Source: Candidatus Aminicenantes bacterium (GTDB taxonomy: Bacteria > Acidobacteriota > Aminicenantia > Aminicenantales > Aminicenantaceae). Taken from it: DNA of 41,770 nucleotides. The position numbers and the translations under genes are program-made. The stretch is taken from NCBI GenBank assembly GCA_050116035.1, contig JASFPJ010000002.1, forward strand, positions 1 through 41,770, given 5' to 3'. The notes under the pieces were generated by a model, which was not told where the DNA came from, searched no databases, and worked only from the letters and a program-made list of their open reading frames with translations. Positions within the stretch are counted from its first letter, which is position 1, and each line of letters opens with the position of its first letter. Below are positions 15,941 to 23,619 of this stretch, piece after piece.

Positions 15941-18900
15941 ATGAAATTTAAAGAATTCAAATTAACGAACCTATCGGTGGCGAATAAGACAACCATATAC
16001 ATATTCACAGTGATTCTGGTGATATTCGGGTTTATGCAGTACGATGCAACTCCCAAAGAGAGATTTCCAGAAATCGTTTTTCCCTATTTCATGGTCAGCA
16101 CTATCCATCCCGGAACATCGCCGGCTGATGTGGAAAACCTGATCACGCGGCCTATAGAAAAGCAGCTCAAGGGAATCGATGGCGTCAAACACATCAACAG
16201 CAACTCGATCCAGGATTTTTCCTCCATTTTTATCGAATTTGAGCTGACTGCAGATGAGATGCAGGCATATCTTGATGTGAGACAAGCCGTCGATGATGCC
16301 CGGGGAGAGCTCCCTCCTGATCTTTTCAGCGAGCCCGAGGTCACCCGGATCGATCTCTCTGAGATCCCGATCCTGTTCATCAACCTTTCCGGTGATCTTG
16401 GACTGGTGAAGTTAAAGAAAATTGCCGAGGACCTTCAGGATGAGATCGAAAGCCTGGAGGAAATCACACGTGCGGATATCGTGGGAGCTCTGGACCGTGA
16501 AATCCAGATCAATGTCGATCTCTATAAAATGCAGGCCGCAGACCTTTCCTTTTTTACCATTCAGAATGCCATCGCCTCTGAGAATCTCACCATTTCCGGA
16601 GGACAGGTCGATACGGATGGCATCCGGAGAAACCTCAGGGTGGTCGGTGAATTCACGAACGTCGACCAAATCAAGAACATCCAGCTGAGAAAGGGGATTT
16701 ATTTAAGAGAGATTGCCGAGATCGTGGACGGGTATGCGGACAGAGGGAGTTATTCGCGTTTGAACACCCAGGATGTGATCACGATCAATGTGATCAAGAA
16801 AAGCGGAAAAAACCTGATCTATGCGGTCGATAAGATCAAGGATATTGTTAATGAATACCAAAAGACCGCCCCTGAGAACTTGATCATCACTATGACAGGG
16901 GACTCGAGCACTCAAACGAAAAATACCGTGAGTGATCTGTTCAACACAGTGATCCTCGGATTTATCGTTGTCGTTTTTGTCCTCATGTTTTTCATGGGGG
17001 AGACAAATGCCCTGTTTGTGGGGATTGCCATCCCGATGTCCATTGTCATCGCTTTCATTTTCATTCCTGTTGTTGGGTTCACCATGAACATGGTTGTTCT
17101 CATGTCCTTCATCCTCGTTCTTGGAATTGTCGTGGACAACTCGATAGTTGTTGTGGAAAACGTCTACCGGCATTTCACCACGACTCCTGACCTCTCCATT
17201 GTTGCGGCTTCCAGGCGGGGAGTCGGAGAAGTCGCCATGGCCGTTTTCACTGGCACATTAACGACCATGGCGCCCTTCTTTACTCTTATCTTTATGCCTG
17301 GAATTCCCGGAAAATTCATGTCCTTTCTCCCCATCACTGTTATCATTACACTGACGGCTTCCATGCTGGTGGCGTACATGATCAATCCTGTTTTTGCCGT
17401 TTCGTTCATGAAAAGACCTTCCAATGACGATACGATAAGAGTCCGTGGGAAGCTCAACTCGAAAAGAATCCTCATCCTATCAGCGGCTGTTGTCTTGGCC
17501 GTGGTTTTTTATGCGGCCGGGAAGATGCTTCTGGCTAATCTTTTGATATTCGGGGTTATCCTCTATTTGCTGTCCAAGTTTGTCATCCATTACCTGATCG
17601 CCAAATTCCAGGCACATGTCATTCCCCGAATGAAGAATGGCTACAGAAAAACTCTGACTTTTCTCCTCAGAGGGAAACGGCCGTATGGCGTTATTGCTGG
17701 GATTGTTGTTCTTCTCTTTCTATCCCTCATCCTTCTGGGTATCAGAATGCCCAGGGTTGTGTTTTTCCCCGGAGGTGACCCGAATAATCTCCAGGTGTAC
17801 ATCACGATGCCCGAGGGCACTCATATTGATGTGACGAATGATATATGTAAGCAGGTCGAAGAAAAGATTTATAGAGTCATCGACCGCGACAATCCTGATG
17901 TGGAATCCGTGGTTTCCAACGTGGCTATGAACGCAGGAGCTGGATTTTTTGAACGCTTTTCTCAGGATAAGCTGGCTAAGGTCACTATCACTTTTGTGGA
18001 GTATAAGTACAGGACCGGGATATCCACACGGGGATATCTGAGTCAACTGCGCAAGGAATTGAGTGGAATCGCCGGAGCCAAAATCCGTATTGATGAGGAA
18101 ATGATGGGGCCTCCGACCGGGTATCCCATCAACATGGAAATCAGTGGCGATGATATTGACGAGCTGGTCAGCATCACTCACAGACTGGAAGAATTCATTC
18201 AGTCATTAAACATTCGAGGAATTGAGGAGCTGAAATCCAGCATGGAAGTCAGCAAGCCGGAGCTCATCCTGAATATTGATAGAGAAAAGGCCAACAGGCT
18301 GGGAATTACCACTGCTCAGGTGGGAATGGCCCTGCGCACAGCCATCTATGGGACAGAGGTTTCTGAGTTCAAAGATGGAGAAGAGGAGTATCCGGTTATG
18401 GTGCGGTTGGACGAAAAATACCGGAATGACATAGATGTCCTTCTGAGCCAGATAATCATGGTTCCCGGCGGGAACAACGGGCCAAAAAAAATTCCGATTT
18501 CCTCCTTTGCCCATGTGACCAAACGGACAAGCTACGGCGGAATCACTCGGTTGGACAACAAGAGGGTGATCACTCTGTTCTCCAATGTGCTTTTCGGATA
18601 CAATGCCAACGAGATTATTCGTCAGATCAGCAGACAGCTTCCTCAATTCGAGATGAAAGAAGGCTATACGATCAAGTTCACGGGTGAACAGGATATGCAA
18701 GCTGAGGTCGGCAACTTTATGGTCAGAGCTCTTTTCATCGCCGCGGCTCTGATTTTGATCATACTGGTCACGCAGTTTAATTCTCTCTCCAAGCCGTTGA
18801 TCATCATTCTTCAGATCCTATTCAGCCTCACCGGAGTCTTCCTAGGTTTTGCCATATTCGGTATGGACATTTCAGTCGTGATGACGGGAATGGGGATCAT

Positions 18901-19261
18901 TGCGGTGGCTGGGATTGTTGTCAAAAATGCGATCATTATCGTTGACTACACGGATAAACTGATTGACAGCGGTATGGACAAGATTGAGGCCATCGTCCAG
19001 GCCGGTGCCACGCGATTAACCCCTGTTCTTTTGACAGCGCTCTCCACAATTCTGGGGCTTTTCCCTCTTGCCATCGGCATAAACATAAATTTCATGACTC
19101 TATTCAGTGAGCTGAGGCCTCAGTTCTACTTTGGCGGTGACAGCCCTGTTTTTTGGAATCCGCTCGTTATGACCATCATCTTTGGGCTATCCTTTGCAAC
19201 AGTCTTGACTCTTGTCGTTGTTCCAGCCATGTACAAACTCATCTACGCCCGAAAAAAATAG
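15941..19261 (+). CDS. RND efflux permease (AcrB/HAE family) with an extra hydrophobic hairpin in the central linker
   Basis: 1106-aa ORF with the standard RND layout: TM1, ~300-aa periplasmic loop, TM2-6, repeated. GIVVDNSIVVVENV motif in TM4. An additional ~45-aa hydrophobic insert lies at aa ~509-553. Confidence 0.95.
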   Translation: MKFKEFKLTNLSVANKTTIYIFTVILVIFGFMQYDATPKERFPEIVFPYFMVSTIHPGTSPADVENLITRPIEKQLKGIDGVKHINSNSIQDFSSIFIEFELTADEMQAYLDVRQAVDDARGELPPDLFSEPEVTRIDLSEIPILFINLSGDLGLVKLKKIAEDLQDEIESLEEITRADIVGALDREIQINVDLYKMQAADLSFFTIQNAIASENLTISGGQVDTDGIRRNLRVVGEFTNVDQIKNIQLRKGIYLREIAEIVDGYADRGSYSRLNTQDVITINVIKKSGKNLIYAVDKIKDIVNEYQKTAPENLIITMTGDSSTQTKNTVSDLFNTVILGFIVVVFVLMFFMGETNALFVGIAIPMSIVIAFIFIPVVGFTMNMVVLMSFILVLGIVVDNSIVVVENVYRHFTTTPDLSIVAASRRGVGEVAMAVFTGTLTTMAPFFTLIFMPGIPGKFMSFLPITVIITLTASMLVAYMINPVFAVSFMKRPSNDDTIRVRGKLNSKRILILSAAVVLAVVFYAAGKMLLANLLIFGVILYLLSKFVIHYLIAKFQAHVIPRMKNGYRKTLTFLLRGKRPYGVIAGIVVLLFLSLILLGIRMPRVVFFPGGDPNNLQVYITMPEGTHIDVTNDICKQVEEKIYRVIDRDNPDVESVVSNVAMNAGAGFFERFSQDKLAKVTITFVEYKYRTGISTRGYLSQLRKELSGIAGAKIRIDEEMMGPPTGYPINMEISGDDIDELVSITHRLEEFIQSLNIRGIEELKSSMEVSKPELILNIDREKANRLGITTAQVGMALRTAIYGTEVSEFKDGEEEYPVMVRLDEKYRNDIDVLLSQIIMVPGGNNGPKKIPISSFAHVTKRTSYGGITRLDNKRVITLFSNVLFGYNANEIIRQISRQLPQFEMKEGYTIKFTGEQDMQAEVGNFMVRALFIAAALILIILVTQFNSLSKPLIIILQILFSLTGVFLGFAIFGMDISVVMTGMGIIAVAGIVVKNAIIIVDYTDKLIDSGMDKIEAIVQAGATRLTPVLLTALSTILGLFPLAIGININFMTLFSELRPQFYFGGDSPVFWNPLVMTIIFGLSFATVLTLVVVPAMYKLIYARKK

Positions 19262-19290
19262 AAGTCAGCAATTGAATATTGAATCTTTTT

Positions 19291-19318
19291 TTGAAAAAAT
19301 CAGTATATATAATATAAA
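19291..19318 (+). promoter_or_regulatory. Possible promoter TTGAAA-N16-TATAAA upstream of the ABC-2 operon leader
   Basis: By-eye hexamer match in an AT-rich stretch. Would place the transcription start a few nt before the family-3 hairpin. Confidence 0.25.
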
Positions 19319-19330
19319 GAGAAATCAGCT

Positions 19331-19379
19331 GGATTGTTCATAAAATAGGCTGACACTGAATATTATGAATAATTCAGGA
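19331..19379 (+). repeat. Family-3 hairpin element, short version (arms 19331-19342 and 19364-19379)
   Basis: GGATTGTTCATA aaatagGCTGACACtgaatat TATGAATAATTCAGGA. A 12-bp stem is possible if two G:U pairs are allowed. Shares a 17-nt exact block and GCTGACAC with 3841-3923. Confidence 0.65.
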
Positions 19380-19452
19380 GAAATGGATTTCTCTCTATTT
19401 GCTTTGGCGGATATCATGGGCAGCGATGCGTGCCCATCTCATCCTGAAGGGT

Positions 19453-19480
19453 GTCATTGCGAGCGAAGGGTGGCAATCTC
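19453..19480. repeat. Family-1 repeat, solitary forward unit
   Basis: gtcattgcgagcgaagggtggcaatctc, read directly, in the leader of the ABC-2 operon. Confidence 0.8.
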
Positions 19481-19530
19481 ATCCTTCACTTTGAAGTTTA
19501 AGCAATGTATTTCCTGTAGGAGTGGAAAGA

Positions 19531-20442
19531 ATGGACGTTGTTGAGATTGAAAATATCACAAAAACATTTGGCCGAGTCAGGGCTGTGGATGATTTATCCC
19601 TGAACGTTCCTCAAGGGAGTATTTATGGATTTATCGGCCCCAACGGTTCCGGGAAAACCACGACTTTGCGAATGATCATGAACATCTTCTATCCCGATTC
19701 GGGCAAGATCCGGATATTCGGGGAAAAGATGCATGGCGCCACCAGCGACCGCATCGGATATCTACCGGAAGAGCGCGGCATGTACAAGAAGATGAAGGTC
19801 CGCGACCTCCTCCGTTTTTACGGGGAGCTGAAGAGCGGCCGGAAAGTGAATAAAGAAGTGGACTATTGGCTCGAGAGGCTGGACCTCAGCGACTGGGCTG
19901 ATAAAAAGATCGAGACACTCAGCAAGGGAATGGGACAGAAGGTCCAGTTTATCTCGACCATCGTTTCGCAACCTGAGTTGATTATTCTGGACGAGCCGTT
20001 TACCGGGTTGGATCCGGTCAACGTCGAAGAGATCAAGAACGCGGTGCTCGAACTCCGGTCTCAAGGAGCCACGGTGATTTTCAGCACCCATGATATGAAC
20101 GTGGCTGAAAAGATGTGTGATTTCATTTTCATGATATTCAAGGGGAAAAAGGTCCTGGATGGAACCCTTGTCTCGATCCAGGATGAATACGGCAGTGATA
20201 CTCTCCGGGTCCGTACTGAAGGCGGAATTTCGAAATTGAAAAACCTGGACGGCGTGGATAAAATCACGGATTTCGGGCAGCTCCAGGAATTGCGTATCGC
20301 GCAGGAAAATGACCATCAAAAGATCCTTTCCGAGATCATGACCCGGACTCGTGTCTTCAGTTTTGAGATGGCCAAACCGACGCTGTACGACATTTTCCTC
20401 AGGATTGCCGGACCGGAAGCCAAGGAGGAGACCGATGCGTAG
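19531..20442 (+). CDS. ABC transporter ATP-binding protein (ABC-2/NatA-like)
   Basis: ORF track starts at GTG 19522. ATG 19531 has SD AGGAG 8 nt upstream. Walker A GPNGSGKTT, signature LSKGMGQKV, Walker B LIILDEPFTGLD, H-loop STHDM, and a C-terminal accessory domain. Confidence 0.92.
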   Translation: MDVVEIENITKTFGRVRAVDDLSLNVPQGSIYGFIGPNGSGKTTTLRMIMNIFYPDSGKIRIFGEKMHGATSDRIGYLPEERGMYKKMKVRDLLRFYGELKSGRKVNKEVDYWLERLDLSDWADKKIETLSKGMGQKVQFISTIVSQPELIILDEPFTGLDPVNVEEIKNAVLELRSQGATVIFSTHDMNVAEKMCDFIFMIFKGKKVLDGTLVSIQDEYGSDTLRVRTEGGISKLKNLDGVDKITDFGQLQELRIAQENDHQKILSEIMTRTRVFSFEMAKPTLYDIFLRIAGPEAKEETDA

Positions 20443-21751
20443 AACTTTCAGGTTTGTAAAAAGAGAATATCTGGCCGCTGTCAAAACAAAAGGATTCATC
20501 ATCATGCTGGTTCTGATGCCCGTGCTGATGGGAGGAAGTGCGATTGCCATGTATCTTTTACGGGGCCAGGTGGATACAACAGACAAGCGTGTGGTTGTGC
20601 TTGATCGTTCGGGGATAGTGGCGGATATGCTTCCGAAAGCGGTGGAGGAGCGGAATAAGGCCGCCGTGTATGATAAGGAAACCGGAAAGAAAATCCAGCC
20701 CGCTTATATCCTTGATGTAGTCGAACCAGACAAGAAAGATCCCCAGGCCCAGAGGCTACAGCTTTCAAACCGCATCCGAGGCGGGGAGCTTCATGCCTTT
20801 CTGGAGATTGGCCCGAATGTCCTGTATCCGAAAGGGGAGCAAACCACGTTCCGCATCAAATACCATGCCAAGAATGCAGCCATGGACAATGTCCGCAACT
20901 GGCTGAACAACACGATCAATCCTTATCTGCGCAGGGTCCGCTTGATGGATTCCGGCGTGGATGAGTCAAAGGCCAATGAGATAATGACCTGGCTTCAGGT
21001 CGAAGCCATGGGGCTTTTATCCGTGGATGATGAGACTGGTGAGATCCAGGAAGCCAGGAAAACAAGCGAAGAGGAGGCTATCTTTGTGCCCGTTGTCGTT
21101 TTCTTCCTGATGTTCATGATGGTCATGATGGGCGCCATGCCGCTTTTGCAGAGCACCATGGAAGAAAAGACACAGAGAATTGCGGAAGTCCTGCTGGGAA
21201 GCTTGAAACCTCATGAGTTCATGGCCGGAAAAGTCCTTGGGGGTTTGGCTGTATCATTGACTGGGGCTTTGGTTTATGTGATCGGCGGTGTTTTCTTTCT
21301 TGGAAGACTTGGATTGAGAGACATCATTCCCTATCATGTGATTCCCTGGTTTTTTGCCTTTTTAGTCCTGGAGATCGTCATGGTGGGATCCTGGTTGGCC
21401 GCTTTGGGCTCGACCTGCAATGATCCCAAGGACGCGCAGAACCTGACGTTTCCGGCCATGTTTCCTGTATTTTTCCCGATGTTTGTCTTCATGCCGGTCT
21501 TGATGGAGCCGACCAGTGGATTTGCCACCTGGATGTCATTGTTTCCGCCGTTTACGCCCATGCTGATGCTCATCAGGAAAGCGGCGCCGGCGGGGATTCC
21601 TGCCTGGCAGCCCTGGGTGGGGCTTGTCGGCGTGATTCTGTTTACCGCTTTCGCCATCTGGGTTGGAGGGCGGATATTCCGAGTCGGTATCCTGATGCAG
21701 GGAGGCGCTCCGAAATTATCCAACATGATCAAATGGACCATCCGCGGTTAA
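20435..21751 (+). CDS. ABC-2 family permease (NatB-like topology)
   Basis: ORF track starts at 20351, inside the ATPase gene. The in-frame ATG 20435 has SD AAGGAGGAG upstream and overlaps the ATPase stop by 8 nt. One N-terminal TM, a ~190-aa extracytoplasmic domain, then five C-terminal TM helices. Confidence 0.85.
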   Translation: MRRTFRFVKREYLAAVKTKGFIIMLVLMPVLMGGSAIAMYLLRGQVDTTDKRVVVLDRSGIVADMLPKAVEERNKAAVYDKETGKKIQPAYILDVVEPDKKDPQAQRLQLSNRIRGGELHAFLEIGPNVLYPKGEQTTFRIKYHAKNAAMDNVRNWLNNTINPYLRRVRLMDSGVDESKANEIMTWLQVEAMGLLSVDDETGEIQEARKTSEEEAIFVPVVVFFLMFMMVMMGAMPLLQSTMEEKTQRIAEVLLGSLKPHEFMAGKVLGGLAVSLTGALVYVIGGVFFLGRLGLRDIIPYHVIPWFFAFLVLEIVMVGSWLAALGSTCNDPKDAQNLTFPAMFPVFFPMFVFMPVLMEPTSGFATWMSLFPPFTPMLMLIRKAAPAGIPAWQPWVGLVGVILFTAFAIWVGGRIFRVGILMQGGAPKLSNMIKWTIRG

Positions 21752-21819
21752 CGCGTGAGGCGGGTGTTAGTACTCATTCAAAAAAATTTCGTTCTTTGAA
21801 TGGCATTGAAGACAAAGGT

Positions 21820-21968
21820 GTCATTAGGAGCGAAGGCAGCAATCTCACCTTCATGTCATTGCGAACGAAGTGTGGCAATCCCGTAAAGAAAATTCCTGCA
21901 AAAAAGAATCTTATTCCCAATTTTAGAAATCCAAAATAGAGATTCAACCCCCTTCACTTCGCACAGGT
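21820..21968. repeat. Family-1 repeats: forward units 21820-21846 and 21855-21882, plus a degenerate inverted unit ~21938-21968
   Basis: gtcattaggagcgaaggcagcaatctc, gtcattgcgaacgaagtgtggcaatccc, ... gagattcaacccccttcacttcgcacaggta. Lies between convergent genes. Confidence 0.75.
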
Positions 21969-21972
21969 AAAG

Positions 21973-23505
21973 TTATTTTTTTCTTCTGGCTTTCCAGGCG
22001 AAATATTCTTCCTTGCTCTTAAAAGGCGGCAGATGATGGGGCATGAGTTCGTACGATGTCTCCTTCAAAGGGGCTGGATCCTTGGGAATATGCTGGATCA
22101 ATTGCTTCTTGATTTCCGCATACTCCGGATTCTGAGCGAGGTTTGTCCATTCTTCCGGATCCATGTTGTGGTCGTATAATTCCTCACTGTCATCGATGTA
22201 ACGCGTGTATCGCCACCTCTCTGTGCGGACTGAAAATTCAGAGAAGTCATATGTGGAGATGGCTGGATAGGGCCATTCTTCTTGAGGATTCCGGAGTAAG
22301 GGGACGAGACTGTGTCCATCAAGTCCTCGTTTCGGAAGTAATCCGCATAACTCGATCAGAGTGGGGAAGATATCGACCAGAGAGGTTATCCTCTCACACC
22401 GTCCCCCTCTCTCTGAACCTTCTGGCAACCCGGGCGTTCCTTTGGGGGCTTTAATCATCAGCACGCTTCTGAGTACATTTTCCCAGAGAGCGAATTTTCT
22501 CCAGTGTTCCTTCTCTCCCAGCTGCCAGCCATGGTCAGACCAGACAACGACTATCGTGTTATGCGCATAGGAACTCTTTTCGAGTGCGTCCAGGAGCTTT
22601 CCCAACAACATATCCGCGAAAGCAGAGGAAGCGAGATAACCCTGGATAGCTTTTTTCCACTCTCCGGCTTCAATGACATGTTTATGATAATTCCCGCCGC
22701 GATAGGCGATTTCTCGAGCCCTCTCTCCCACATCATCCAGGTCGTTATCTAACACATTGGGCAGTCGGACTGTCTCGAGAGGGAACATGTCAAAATACTT
22801 TTGAGGCACATACCAGGGCACATGGGGACGATAGATGCCACAGGCGAGGAAAAAGGGTTTGGAATGCGTCTTCTGGAGTTGGCTGATGACCCAATTGACC
22901 GATTTGAAGTCCCCGGTTTGATCATCAGGAATCTCGATGGGAGACCAGTCAAAATCTCGATACATATTCGGAAAATACGGCATGTTCACTGTTTGTCCGG
23001 GTTTCGGCCGGAAATAATCAGGCATGTGCTTTTCTTTAGAGGGATAATAGTCATCCCAGGACCGAGGGTCTGGCATGTTGTTGTGGAATATTTTTCCGGC
23101 TCCCCCAGACCAGTAACCGCGTTGACTAAAGTATTTGGGGAGGGTTTGAACCCGGGGAAGCACTTCTCTCCAGATTTGATAATTGGAGTACATCCCTGAA
23201 TTATAGGTGTGAATTCCAGTCAATAAAGCGGTTCGGGATGGGTTGCACGCGGCAGACGCACAGAAACAATTGGTGAAATTCACGGCTTGTTGGGCAAGGC
23301 GCTTCAGGTTTGGGGTTTGAGACTGGGGGTGACCGCCAAGGGGCTCGATCCAATCATTGAGGTCATCGATCGAAACAAATAAAACATTCGGGTTTTCACC
23401 AAGACTTGCGGCTCCTTTCTTCCCCCTTCCACATCCTTGGAAGGCGAGGCCAGCCGCTCCCATTCCGATGGCTTTAATGAAATCACGCCGATTCAGATCA
23501 GCCAT
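21973..23505 (-). CDS. Cys-type sulfatase (arylsulfatase family) with a Tat signal peptide
   Basis: 510-aa ORF with SD AAGGAG. N-terminus MADLNRRDFIKAIGMGAAGLA (twin-arginine). Formylglycine motif CNPSRTALLTG (C-x-P-x-R), plus SIDDLNDW and WSDHGW metal-site motifs. Confidence 0.92.
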   Translation of the reverse strand: MADLNRRDFIKAIGMGAAGLAFQGCGRGKKGAASLGENPNVLFVSIDDLNDWIEPLGGHPQSQTPNLKRLAQQAVNFTNCFCASAACNPSRTALLTGIHTYNSGMYSNYQIWREVLPRVQTLPKYFSQRGYWSGGAGKIFHNNMPDPRSWDDYYPSKEKHMPDYFRPKPGQTVNMPYFPNMYRDFDWSPIEIPDDQTGDFKSVNWVISQLQKTHSKPFFLACGIYRPHVPWYVPQKYFDMFPLETVRLPNVLDNDLDDVGERAREIAYRGGNYHKHVIEAGEWKKAIQGYLASSAFADMLLGKLLDALEKSSYAHNTIVVVWSDHGWQLGEKEHWRKFALWENVLRSVLMIKAPKGTPGLPEGSERGGRCERITSLVDIFPTLIELCGLLPKRGLDGHSLVPLLRNPQEEWPYPAISTYDFSEFSVRTERWRYTRYIDDSEELYDHNMDPEEWTNLAQNPEYAEIKKQLIQHIPKDPAPLKETSYELMPHHLPPFKSKEEYFAWKARRKK

Positions 23506-23619
23506 TCTTCAATCTCCTTGGAAGGGTTAGAATTTCCTTCCTTTTGAGACATAGACTTTCTTTTGGCTCGTATCTCGCCAAAAATTTAAGAGCGAAAATG
23601 TGTGTAACTTTTAGTGACT

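Noticed and set aside
19365-19544. The Cys-rich 59-aa peptide read as a possible RiPP/bacteriocin-like precursor
   Set aside because: Its central Cys/His residues are encoded by the family-1 repeat unit (CHCERRVAIS), so they are a by-product of the repeat. There is no SD and no modification enzymes nearby. I kept it only as a low-probability leader ORF in the findings.
19762-20586. Long antisense ORFs: 274 aa opposite the ABC ATPase; also 5917-6654 (245 aa, opposite sat), 27461-28195 (244 aa), 28551-29216 (221 aa), 34703-35413 (236 aa), 16703-17173, 12030-12434 and 771-1184
   Set aside because: Each lies entirely within, and opposite to, a gene with unmistakable family motifs. They have no SD and odd composition (Arg/Ser/Pro/His-rich). 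These are typical shadow ORFs.
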